64,000 nucleotides of DNA from contig JBJXGT010000036.1 in the NCBI GenBank assembly GCA_046160105.1, positions 161,072 through 225,071 on the forward strand. The letters are read 5' to 3'. The DNA comes from Gemmatimonadales bacterium. GTDB taxonomy: Bacteria > Gemmatimonadota > Gemmatimonadetes > Gemmatimonadales > GWC2-71-9. Position 1 is the first letter of the stretch. Every line of letters begins with the position of its first letter. The position numbers were made by a program, and so were the translations under genes. Below, piece after piece: positions 1-8,633 of this stretch. The notes under the pieces were generated by a model. The model was not told the origin of the DNA. It searched no databases and saw nothing but the letters and a program-made list of their open reading frames with translations.

Positions 1-531
1 TGGCCCGTCGGCGTGATCGGCGCGGCGGGAGTGCTGACCGCCCTGGTGCCTGGCTCGATGATACTGATGGCTGCGGGAACCATCCTCGCCAAGAACGTGG
101 TCCTGGCCGGGCGACCCGCGAACGATCCGGCCATCGTCCGGCTCGCCAAGATCCTGGTGCCGGTCATCGCGCTGATCGCGCTGTGGTTCACGTTCGAGGG
201 TGGCAATTCCATCGTCGCCCTACTGCTGATGGGCTACTCGCTGGTCACCCAGCTTGCGCCGGCACTGCTGTTCTCGTTGCTCCCCGTCAACCCGGTGACC
301 GGCCCTGGCGCGATCGCGGGCCTGGTGGCCGGCGTGGCGACGGTGGCGTGGGTGACCCTGGCCAAGACCAGCTTCGCCGCCCTGCTTCCCGCGGCGCCCG
401 GGTGGGTCCAGGACCTCAACGTGGGTTTTGCCGCGCTGCTGGTGAACGTCGCCGTCGCCCTCATCGTGAGCCTGGCCACCCGCCAAGCTGACGCGGCCAA
501 GTCACGGCCCGGTCCGCCCGGCCGTTCATGA
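1..531 (+). CDS. Sodium:solute symporter family permease, C-terminal part (5' truncated by window edge)
   Basis: Multi-TM hydrophobic ORF (ALVPGSMILMAAGTILAKNV, YSLVTQLAP) resembling the C-terminal half of SSS transporters; frame is open to the window start. Confidence 0.65.
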   Translation, partial: WPVGVIGAAGVLTALVPGSMILMAAGTILAKNVVLAGRPANDPAIVRLAKILVPVIALIALWFTFEGGNSIVALLLMGYSLVTQLAPALLFSLLPVNPVTGPGAIAGLVAGVATVAWVTLAKTSFAALLPAAPGWVQDLNVGFAALLVNVAVALIVSLATRQADAAKSRPGPPGRS

Positions 532-599
532 GCCGAAGTCCCTCCTTACTAAGCGGACGGGCGCTCGTCGCTGGCCTCGCCGGTCAGGCCCTGGGGCCA

Positions 600-629
600 T
601 GAAACCTGTCGTACGATATAACGTACGAC
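600..629 (+). promoter_or_regulatory. ECF sigma-type promoter TGAAAC-N16-CGTA overlapped by a perfect inverted repeat GTCGTACG-N6-CGTACGAC
   Basis: TGAAAC 600-605, CGTA 622-625; palindrome 608-629; about 45 nt upstream of the efflux operon start. Confidence 0.55.
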
Positions 630-671
630 GTATCTTAATTCCGTACACATGACCCTCGGACTACGTCTCGC

Positions 672-1898
672 ATGACCGCTCCCCGTCCCGACCTTGGCCG
701 GCTTCGGATCAACCGGAACCAGGCCCCGTCCGCGAGTAGCGCCCTCAAATGGCCCCTCATTCTGGCGGTGGCCGCCGCGGGGTTCATCGCGGTGGTCTTC
801 TTCGTCATGAGGGGCGGTGGCGGGCTCGAGGTCAAGGTTGGCCGGGCGGAGGTCGTCGGGGGTGGCGCGAGTGGTTCGGTTGGAATCACGGCCAACGGCT
901 ACGTGGTGGCGCGGACCCGGGCGTCGGTGGCTTCACGAATCTCCGGGCGGTTGGCGTCGCTGTCGGTGGAAGAGGGCAGCGTGGTCAAACGGGGGCAGGT
1001 GCTGGCCCGACTCGACAACGACGACTACGTGGCCGCTGTGGCCCAGGCGGAGGCGGAGCGATCCCGAGCCGAGGCCGCGGTCACCGAGACGAGGGCGGTC
1101 CGGGACCAATTGGACCGGGACCTGGCCCGATCCCGTGAGCTTCTGGCCAAGAACCTCGAGCCGGCGCGGACGGCGGAGGACCTCGCCTCCCAAGTGGCCT
1201 CGGCCGAGGCCCGGATCAACGTGCAGCTGGCTCAGATCAAGGCCGCCGAGGCGGCGGTGGCCTTTGCCCGCGCCAATCTGGAGAACACCTCGATCCGGGC
1301 GCCGTTCGACGGCACCGTTCTTCGCAAGGATGCCGAAGTGGGCGAGGTGGTGGCCCCCGTGGCGACCGGTGGCGGCCTGACTCGCGGAGCGGTGGTCACC
1401 ATGGCCGACCTCAAGACCCTCGAGGTCGAGGTCGACGTCAACGAGTCCTACATCGCCCAAGTGACGGGCGGCCAGCCCGCCCGGATCGTGCTCGACGCCT
1501 ATCCGACCGCGAGTTTCGCCGGTCGGGTCCGTCAGATCGTGCCGACGGCCGACCGGCAGCGCGCCACCGTGCAGGTCAAGGTGAGCATCACCGATCGCGA
1601 CTCGCGGATTCTGCCCGAAATGGGCGCCCGCGTCGAGTTTCTCGATACCGCGACCACGGCGCCGAACGCCCCGGCCCGGGTATTCGTACCGGCCGCCGCC
1701 GTCGTCACCGCGGGCTCGGCCACGGTGGTGTGGGTCGTTCGCGACGGCGTGGTGCGGCGTACCACGGTCGAGGCCGGACCGGTGTCGGGCGGCCGGCGAG
1801 AAGTCCGCAGTGGGCTGTCCGGTGGTGAGAGCTTGGTGCTCGATCCGCCGCAAGACCTGTCAGACGGAGCCAAGGTCAATGTCATCACCGGCACCTAG
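672..1898 (+). CDS. Efflux periplasmic adaptor subunit (MacA/HlyD-like membrane fusion protein)
   Basis: N-terminal TM anchor, lipoyl halves (VEEGSVVKRGQVLARLD; IRAPFDGTV), coiled coil, beta-barrel; first gene of an ABC operon. Confidence 0.9.
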   Translation: MTAPRPDLGRLRINRNQAPSASSALKWPLILAVAAAGFIAVVFFVMRGGGGLEVKVGRAEVVGGGASGSVGITANGYVVARTRASVASRISGRLASLSVEEGSVVKRGQVLARLDNDDYVAAVAQAEAERSRAEAAVTETRAVRDQLDRDLARSRELLAKNLEPARTAEDLASQVASAEARINVQLAQIKAAEAAVAFARANLENTSIRAPFDGTVLRKDAEVGEVVAPVATGGGLTRGAVVTMADLKTLEVEVDVNESYIAQVTGGQPARIVLDAYPTASFAGRVRQIVPTADRQRATVQVKVSITDRDSRILPEMGARVEFLDTATTAPNAPARVFVPAAAVVTAGSATVVWVVRDGVVRRTTVEAGPVSGGRREVRSGLSGGESLVLDPPQDLSDGAKVNVITGT

Positions 1899-2583
1899 CC
1901 GCGCCGCAGACGGAGTCCTCGTCGAGATTCGTGACCTCGCCAAGGTCTACCGCCGTGGGACCGAGGAGATCCGGGTGTTCGAAGGGGTCGACCTCGACAT
2001 CCGCAACGGGGAGTTCCTGGCCCTGATGGGTCCGTCGGGAAGCGGCAAATCGACCCTGCTCAACATCATCGCCGGCCTCGACACCCCGACGGCCGGCAGC
2101 GTGGTCGTCGATGGGCAGGACATCACCCGGATGAACGCCAAACAGCTCGCCACGTGGCGGTCGGGCCATATCGGCTTCATCTTCCAGTTCTACAACCTGC
2201 TCCCGGTGCTCACCGCGGCGCAGAACGTCGAGCTGCCGCTGCTGCTGACCCATCTTTCCAAGAAAGACCGCCGTGATCACGTGATGGCCGCGCTCGAGAT
2301 CGTCGGACTCACCGACCGCGCCGAGCATTTTCCCCGGCAGCTGTCGGGCGGCCAGCAGCAGCGGGTCGGGATCGCCCGGGCGGTGGTCAGCGATCCGGCC
2401 ATCATTCTGGGCGACGAGCCCACCGGCGATCTCGACGCCACCTCGGGCAACGAAGTGCTCGATCTGCTCGAGCGGCTCTCCCGGGAGTTCGGCAAGACGA
2501 TCGTGATGGTGACTCACGACGCCCACGCCGCGGCCCGGGCCAAGGCGATCATGCACATGGACAAGGGGGTGCTGTCCCGATGA
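1879..2583 (+). CDS. ABC transporter ATP-binding protein (MacB/LolD-like)
   Basis: Walker A GPSGSGKS, signature LSGGQQQRV, Walker B ILGDEPTG, H-loop VTHD; ATG at 1879. Confidence 0.93.
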   Translation: MSSPAPSRAADGVLVEIRDLAKVYRRGTEEIRVFEGVDLDIRNGEFLALMGPSGSGKSTLLNIIAGLDTPTAGSVVVDGQDITRMNAKQLATWRSGHIGFIFQFYNLLPVLTAAQNVELPLLLTHLSKKDRRDHVMAALEIVGLTDRAEHFPRQLSGGQQQRVGIARAVVSDPAIILGDEPTGDLDATSGNEVLDLLERLSREFGKTIVMVTHDAHAAARAKAIMHMDKGVLSR

Positions 2584-3716
2584 CCATCGCCGGCCTGGTT
2601 CGAGCCAACTTGTTCCGCAACAAGAAGCGGACGGTGTTGACGATTGGCAGTGTGGTGATCGCGTTCTTCCTGTTCGGGACCTTGCGCTCGTTCCTCACCA
2701 CCCTGGACGCGGCGGCGGCCGTCGGCAGCGAGGCCCGCCTGATCACCTCGAGCGCCTCCGGGATCACCTTCGTGCTGCCCGAGGCGCATGCCAACCGGTT
2801 GAGCGCCATTCCCGGGGTGAAGGGTGTCAGCTCGTCCAATTGGTTTGGCGGGTACTACCAGAATCCCCAGGACTTCTTCGCCCAATTCGCCATTAAGGCC
2901 GAGACCTTTCTCCCGATGTACCCGGAGCTGCGGATCACCGCCGGGGACCGGGACGCCTTTCTTCGCGAGCGCGGCGCGGCGCTGGTCGGGGTCGGCTTGC
3001 TCGAGAAGTACGGCTGGCAGGTCGGCCAGACCGTGACCCTCAAGGGCACCATCTTCCCCGGGGATTGGGAGTTCGTGATTCGGGCCGCTTATACCCCGAG
3101 CGATCAGGCCTTCGGCGACGCGAACATGTACTTCCACTACGACTATCTCTCCGAGCGGGTCCCCGGGATGAGTCCAGGGTGGTTCACCCTCGAGCTCGAT
3201 CGCCCCGACCAGGCGGCCGAGATCGCGGCGGCCATCGACGCTCAGTTCAAGAACTCGACCGCCCCGACCAAGACCGAGACCGAGCGGGCCTTCTCGGCCG
3301 GCTTCGTCACCATGTGGGGGAACATCGGCTTCCTGGTCCGGGCCATCGGGACCGCGGTGTTCTTCGCGATTCTGTTCGTGGCGGCCAACACCATGATGAT
3401 GGCGGTTCGGGAGCGGATCGGCGAGATCGCGGTGCTCAAGACTCTCGGATTCCAGAACGGCACCGTCTTCGGTCTGGTGCTGGCCGAGTCGCTGCTGATC
3501 ACCCTGCTGGGTGGCACGATCGGTTTGGGGCTGGCCAAGGTGGCCTTCCTCGGTAACAACCCGATGGCGTCGTTCTTTCCCGGGTTCGGCGTCACCAACG
3601 GCACTCTGATCCTCGGCCTCGCCCTGTCGTTGACGTTAGGCCTCGTCAGCGGCACCATTCCCGCGTTTCAATCGGCCCGGCTGTCCGTGGTCGACGCGCT
3701 CCGCCGGGTGGCGTGA
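2580..3716 (+). CDS. ABC transporter permease (FtsX/MacB-like)
   Basis: 4-TM topology with periplasmic domain, ERIGEIAVLKTLGF motif; ATGA overlap with the upstream gene. Confidence 0.9.
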   Translation: MTIAGLVRANLFRNKKRTVLTIGSVVIAFFLFGTLRSFLTTLDAAAAVGSEARLITSSASGITFVLPEAHANRLSAIPGVKGVSSSNWFGGYYQNPQDFFAQFAIKAETFLPMYPELRITAGDRDAFLRERGAALVGVGLLEKYGWQVGQTVTLKGTIFPGDWEFVIRAAYTPSDQAFGDANMYFHYDYLSERVPGMSPGWFTLELDRPDQAAEIAAAIDAQFKNSTAPTKTETERAFSAGFVTMWGNIGFLVRAIGTAVFFAILFVAANTMMMAVRERIGEIAVLKTLGFQNGTVFGLVLAESLLITLLGGTIGLGLAKVAFLGNNPMASFFPGFGVTNGTLILGLALSLTLGLVSGTIPAFQSARLSVVDALRRVA

Positions 3717-3726
3717 GGAGATCACG

Positions 3727-4893
3727 ATGAAGATCCCGATCATCTACAACATTCGGAGCCTCCGGCAGCGGCCAGTGTCGACCCTGACCACCGCCCTCGG
3801 GATGGCTCTGGTGGTGGCGGTGTTCGTTTCGATGAACGCGCTGGCCAACGGGTTTCGGGCCGCCTTGGTGAGCACCGGCTCGCCCGAGAACGTGATTCTT
3901 CTCCGCAAAGGCGCCAACACCGAGATGAACAGCGGCATCACCCGCCAGGCGGCGAGCGTGGTGGCGGGATTCCCGTTCGTGGCCCGCGACGAGGCCAATC
4001 AGCCGCTGATCAGCGCCGAGACCTTCGTGGTGGTGCCGCTCGAACGGGTCGGTGGCGGGGGCATGGCGAACGTGGTGGTGCGGGGCGTGAGCGCCCAAGC
4101 CTTCCAGGTCCGCAAGGGGATCGAGATCGTCGCCGGCCGAGCCTTCAAGACTGGGGCGCGGGAGGTGGTCGTCGGGGTGGCCTACGCCAAGCGGTTTCCC
4201 AACTCGGAGGTCGGCAAGACGGTGCGGTTCGCCGAGGAGGAGTGGACCGTGGTGGGTCAGTTCACGGCCGGCGGATCGTCGTTCGAGTCGGAGATCTGGG
4301 GCGAGAACGAGCAGTTCATGCCGGTGTTTCGAGGAGAGATCTTCCAGAGCCTCACCTTCCGGATGAAGGACCCGAGCGCGTTCGCCGGCCTCAAGGAATC
4401 GCTCGAGGCCGATTCCCGACTGGTGGTCGACGCGGCCCAGGAGCGGGACTTCTACGCCAGCCAGTCGACGATGCTGGCCACGATCCTCAACTTCATCGCG
4501 ATCTTCATCGCCTCGATCATGGGGGTCGGGGCGGTGTTCGGAGCCATCAACACGATGTACGCCTCGATCGCCTCCCGCGCGCCGGAGATCGGCGTCCTCC
4601 TGACGTTGGGCTTCCGGCCCCGCAGCGTGATGGGCTCCTTTCTCCTCGAAGCCGTCTTCATCGCGGCGCTAGGTGGCGCCCTCGGCTGCCTGATGACCCT
4701 GCCGATCAACGGACTGGTCACCAGCACCACCAACTGGAGCTCGTTCAGCGAGGTGGCGTTCGCGTTCCGGATCACCCCGGGCCTGCTCTTGAACGGGATG
4801 ATCTTCGCGGTGGCCATGGGGGTGATCGGGGGTCTGCTGCCGGCTCGTCACGCGGCCAAGCAGCAGGTGGTGGAGGCCCTCCGCCAGGCCTGA
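3727..4893 (+). CDS. ABC transporter permease (FtsX/MacB-like), second subunit
   Basis: RAPEIGVLLTLGF motif, GGLLPARHAA end; GAGGAG RBS. Confidence 0.9.
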   Translation: MKIPIIYNIRSLRQRPVSTLTTALGMALVVAVFVSMNALANGFRAALVSTGSPENVILLRKGANTEMNSGITRQAASVVAGFPFVARDEANQPLISAETFVVVPLERVGGGGMANVVVRGVSAQAFQVRKGIEIVAGRAFKTGAREVVVGVAYAKRFPNSEVGKTVRFAEEEWTVVGQFTAGGSSFESEIWGENEQFMPVFRGEIFQSLTFRMKDPSAFAGLKESLEADSRLVVDAAQERDFYASQSTMLATILNFIAIFIASIMGVGAVFGAINTMYASIASRAPEIGVLLTLGFRPRSVMGSFLLEAVFIAALGGALGCLMTLPINGLVTSTTNWSSFSEVAFAFRITPGLLLNGMIFAVAMGVIGGLLPARHAAKQQVVEALRQA

Positions 4894-4900
4894 CCCGGGC

Positions 4901-5134
4901 CTAGTCGCCGAACGGCGACTTGGTGGGTCGGACCCTCGGCGGGGGCGCCGAGTCGAGCAGCTTCTGGAGTTCTTCCCGACTCAGTTCGAAGGGATCCTTC
5001 TCGTAGCCCGGTGACGGCGCGGTCCTGGCTCGGCCCGGATTGTTGCCGGTCGGCTCGAAATCCCAGTCCGACTTGGTGCGGGGCCGGACCTCCCATTCGA
5101 GGCCGTCTCGATCGACGAACTTGCGAAACGCCAT
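4901..5134 (-). CDS. Small hypothetical protein (77 aa)
   Basis: MAFRKFVDRDGLEWEV...ELSREELQKLL; GGAGG RBS, coding-like codon use, directly downstream of the esterase gene. Confidence 0.7.
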   Translation of the reverse strand: MAFRKFVDRDGLEWEVRPRTKSDWDFEPTGNNPGRARTAPSPGYEKDPFELSREELQKLLDSAPPPRVRPTKSPFGD

Positions 5135-5144
5135 CGGCCCTCCG

Positions 5145-6875
5145 TTAGTAGCGCCAGCTCACGGTGTCCGCGTTGGGCGGTCCATTCTTGCGGATCTGCT
5201 CGATGATCCTGGGAATGAACATCTGATGGTAGCGGAGCCGGGAATAGGCGTTGGACCGGGTGTGATCGCCGTTCCAGCAGTGTTCGTCCCGGGCGCCGTA
5301 ATCGACGATGGCGTCGGCGGGCGGATCGGCGGTCTTGAGGAAATCCTCCACCAGATAGACGGCGTTGTTGAGATAGAAGTTGTCCATCTCACCGACGTAG
5401 ATGTGGAGCTTGCCGCGAAGCTTCGGACCCAACGCCTTCCAGTCCCGCCGGAGGATGTGGGAGAGGTCGAAGTTCTCTCGCCAATACTCGGCGACGGATT
5501 TGTCGATCACCCCGGTCACCTTGTCCCAGATCGGCTTGGGATACCCGTCCGGCCCCACCGGCGAGTAGACGGCCTGCCAGATGTCCCACTGCCCGCCGCT
5601 TCGGCCCTTGGTCGCGATCGCCAGCTCGTGGTAGTTCGCGTCCTGCACCGTCGCGTCGACCTGGCCGAGATAGTTCCGGTGCCCCGGGCGGAGCGTCTTC
5701 TTCCACCGACTCGCCGGCCAGTACGCGTTCGCCTCCTCGTACAGGTTGAAGTTGGTGTACTGGCGGAAGTCGATCGGGTCAGGACAGGCGACGAAGGCGC
5801 CGTTGAACTCGTCGGGGTAGAACATCTGGACGGCCATCGCCTCCCAGCCCCCGGTCGACCCGCCATAGGTGATCCGGGCATACCCCTGGCCGATCCCCCG
5901 ATACTTTCGCTCGATGTGGGGCACCAACTCCTTCATGATCGCGTCGCCATACGGGCCGTTGTTGGCGGAGTTGACCGCGTAGGAGTCGTCGTAGAATGGC
6001 GTCGGGTGCTGGATCTCGATCAAGAGTACCCGCGGAAAATTGGGCCCAGTCCAGTCGCGGTAGAACTGATGGGCGAGCTCCTGCTGAATGCGGTTGTAGC
6101 CGGCCAGGTTGAACCGGGCGCTGAAGTCGGGCTTCAGGTTCGGGTCGGGAGGCTCGGGGCGGAACCCGCCGAACTCGGCCGGGAAATGGCCGTGGTTGAT
6201 GACCAGGGGATAGCGGGCGTTCGGGTGGGTGTCGAATCCCTCCGGGAGCAGCACCCAGGCCGCCAGCTCGGTCGGCGTTCCCCAGAAATCGGTGAGCAGC
6301 TTGCTCTGAATCCGCTCGTACTTGATGTACTTCGTCTCCACCGGGGGGCGGGCCGGGGGGATCTCCTGGTCGAGGGAGATCACGATCGCGGTCGGGCGCT
6401 TCGGGTCGAAGGTGATCCACCGCGGGGTGCTGTAGAAGTTGCCCGGCTTCGAGTTCCACTGCTGACCTTCGCCGCGGTCGGGCGGGAGCTTGACGGTGTG
6501 GCCGTCCGCCCGGCGGAAGGTCTGGTAGCGGTTGAGCAGGGCCTGAACCCGGTACCGACCGGCGGGGATCTCCTTGATGCTCCGAATCGGGAAGCCCCAG
6601 GCGCGGGCATCGACCACCGCCGCGCGCCCCGGCGCCAACTGGTCGACATCGATGCCGAAGGCGAGCTGCGTCGTCAGCCCGTCGGCCATCTGAAACCGGG
6701 GCTCGGCCGTGGAGTCGCTCGAAATCAGCAGGATGACCCGGCCGTCCTGCGGCGTGGCCGTCCGCGCGGCCGGGAAACTCACCAGAAACCGCGGACTGGA
6801 CTGGGCCACCATCCCAGGCACCGCGGCGGCCGACAGGAACGCGGACATGGCCCAGACCGTCGAACGGTTCGTCAT
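5145..6875 (-). CDS. Secreted alpha/beta-hydrolase (esterase family)
   Basis: Signal peptide, WVLLPEGF...YPLV, nucleophile elbow GGSTGG, VGEMD and EH catalytic candidates; start chosen at ATG 6875. Confidence 0.8.
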   Translation of the reverse strand: MTNRSTVWAMSAFLSAAAVPGMVAQSSPRFLVSFPAARTATPQDGRVILLISSDSTAEPRFQMADGLTTQLAFGIDVDQLAPGRAAVVDARAWGFPIRSIKEIPAGRYRVQALLNRYQTFRRADGHTVKLPPDRGEGQQWNSKPGNFYSTPRWITFDPKRPTAIVISLDQEIPPARPPVETKYIKYERIQSKLLTDFWGTPTELAAWVLLPEGFDTHPNARYPLVINHGHFPAEFGGFRPEPPDPNLKPDFSARFNLAGYNRIQQELAHQFYRDWTGPNFPRVLLIEIQHPTPFYDDSYAVNSANNGPYGDAIMKELVPHIERKYRGIGQGYARITYGGSTGGWEAMAVQMFYPDEFNGAFVACPDPIDFRQYTNFNLYEEANAYWPASRWKKTLRPGHRNYLGQVDATVQDANYHELAIATKGRSGGQWDIWQAVYSPVGPDGYPKPIWDKVTGVIDKSVAEYWRENFDLSHILRRDWKALGPKLRGKLHIYVGEMDNFYLNNAVYLVEDFLKTADPPADAIVDYGARDEHCWNGDHTRSNAYSRLRYHQMFIPRIIEQIRKNGPPNADTVSWRY

Positions 6876-7037
6876 GGATTTCGGCTTTTCGGGGTCGAAG
6901 CAGAATAGCTCCCCACCAAGCGAGGGCGCCAGGCCGAGATACTTGGCTTCGAGGCAGGTAGTCATTTTAGTATATTCCTGTTAGCTTAAATAACGACTCC
7001 ACTTATTAAAGGGAACCACCTTCTTAGGTAAACTATT

Positions 7038-8204
7038 GTGAATAGAGGAGTTACTGGGGAATACCGAGTCGTTTCCACCGTCGGTGGCGAGACAGTCAGG
7101 GCCTTTGTCCCCGTTCCATTGCCGCCCCGACCGACGTTGGACCTCGACCCCCCGCTTCGGGAACTCCTCGACGAAACTTTGATCGCACTCGGGCGCCTCG
7201 ACGGCGCCTCCTCACTCTTCCCTGACACCGATCTGTTCCTGTACGCCTACGTTCGGAAAGAAGCCGTCCTCTCCTCGCAGATCGAAGGAACCCAGTCGTC
7301 CCTGTCCGACTTGCTCCTCTTCGAGTTAGAGGAGGTGCCCGGCGTGCCCATCAGCGACGTGACCGAGGTGTCGAACTACGTCGCGGCGCTGGACCACGGC
7401 CTGACCCGGATTCGCGATGGCTTCCCAATTTCCGCCCGACTGATCCGCGAATTGCACCAGAGGCTGCTTCGATCCGGCCGAGGTGCCAAGGCGGACGCGG
7501 GAGAATTCCGGCGGTCGCAAAATTGGATCGGTGGTTCTCGCCCGGGCAACGCGGCCTTCGTGCCCCCGCCGCCGGAAGCCGTGGCCGATTGCATTGCGGC
7601 GCTCGAGCGGTTCCTTCACGATCATTCCGAGCGGACGCCCACCCTCATCAAGGCCGCGTTGGCGCACGTCCAATTCGAGACCATTCACCCCTTCCTGGAC
7701 GGCAACGGTCGGGTGGGCCGGCTGCTGATCACCATGCTCCTCTGCGCGGAAGGGGTGCTCCGTTATCCGCTCCTCTACCTGAGCCTCTATTTCAAGCACC
7801 ACCGCCAGCGGTACTACGAACTGCTCACCGAGGTGCGGACCACCGGCAACTGGGAGGCCTGGCTCGAGTTCTTCGCGCGGGGCACCCACGACACGGCCAA
7901 CCGGGCCGTGGCGACGGCGCGGTCGATCGGCGAACTCTTCCGAACCGACCGCGAGCGGCTGACCGCCATGGGACGTTCAGCCGGCTCCGCCTTCCCGGTG
8001 CACCACGAAATGCAGCGTCGTCCCCTGGCGACCGTGAAGTCGCTGATCAAGGCGACCGGGCTGACGGCCCCAACGGTCGGCAAGGCCCTCGACGTCTTGG
8101 TCCGAGTGGGCATCGCCCGGGAGATCACCGGCCGCCGGCGAGGACGGGTGTTCGGCTACGATCGCTACCTCGCGCTGATGAGCGAGGGCACCGAGCCACT
8201 GTGA
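7038..8204 (+). CDS. Fic family AMP-transferase with N-terminal inhibitory helix (class II) and C-terminal HTH
   Basis: Canonical HPFLDGNGRVGR; inhibitory SSQIEG motif; AT-rich upstream region. Confidence 0.92.
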   Translation: MNRGVTGEYRVVSTVGGETVRAFVPVPLPPRPTLDLDPPLRELLDETLIALGRLDGASSLFPDTDLFLYAYVRKEAVLSSQIEGTQSSLSDLLLFELEEVPGVPISDVTEVSNYVAALDHGLTRIRDGFPISARLIRELHQRLLRSGRGAKADAGEFRRSQNWIGGSRPGNAAFVPPPPEAVADCIAALERFLHDHSERTPTLIKAALAHVQFETIHPFLDGNGRVGRLLITMLLCAEGVLRYPLLYLSLYFKHHRQRYYELLTEVRTTGNWEAWLEFFARGTHDTANRAVATARSIGELFRTDRERLTAMGRSAGSAFPVHHEMQRRPLATVKSLIKATGLTAPTVGKALDVLVRVGIAREITGRRRGRVFGYDRYLALMSEGTEPL

Positions 8205-8235
8205 AGCCGTGCCATCCGGGGCCACCGTGAAACTT

Positions 8236-8284
8236 CTCTTGACCGTCGAGAGTAGTGCGGTATGTTACCCTCGACCGTCAACAG
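8236..8284 (+). promoter_or_regulatory. Sigma70-like promoter with two near-palindromic putative PadR operators
   Basis: TTGACC 8239-8244 and TATGTT 8261-8266; CTCTTGACCGTCGAGAG (8236-8252) and CTCGACCGTCAAC (8270-8282). Confidence 0.6.
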
Positions 8285-8293
8285 GAGCCCACC

Positions 8294-8632
8294 GTGCCCG
8301 ATCACCGAACCGAGATCCTCCAGGGGACCTTCGACCTCCTCGTCCTCAAGATCCTCTCGGTCGAACCGATGCACGGGTGGGGCATCACCCAACGGATCGA
8401 ATCGCTCTCCAACGAGGCCCTGCTCGTCAATCAGGGATCCCTCTACCCCTCGCTCGAACGCCTCAAGCGCCGCGGCCTGGTCGACTCGGAGTGGCGGGTC
8501 ACCGAGAACAACCGGCGAGCCCGGTACTACCGCCTGACGGCCGCTGGGCGCCGGCAGCTCCAGGCCGAACGGGCGGAGTGGGAGCGTGCTTCGCTGGCGA
8601 TCAACCTGATCCTCCGGTGGGAGGGGGCCTGA
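8294..8632 (+). CDS. PadR family transcriptional regulator (acidobacterial type)
   Basis: LQGTFDLLVLKIL, MHGWGI, QGSLYPSL, ENNRRARYY; AGGAG RBS before GTG 8294. Confidence 0.92.
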   Translation: MPDHRTEILQGTFDLLVLKILSVEPMHGWGITQRIESLSNEALLVNQGSLYPSLERLKRRGLVDSEWRVTENNRRARYYRLTAAGRRQLQAERAEWERASLAINLILRWEGA

Positions 8633-8633
8633 C

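Noticed and set aside
5040-6908. 622-aa + strand ORF, and similar long antisense ORFs (28915-30597, 54264-55931, 58141-60120)
   Set aside because: Shadows of real genes on the opposite strand, typical of high-GC DNA; no motifs.
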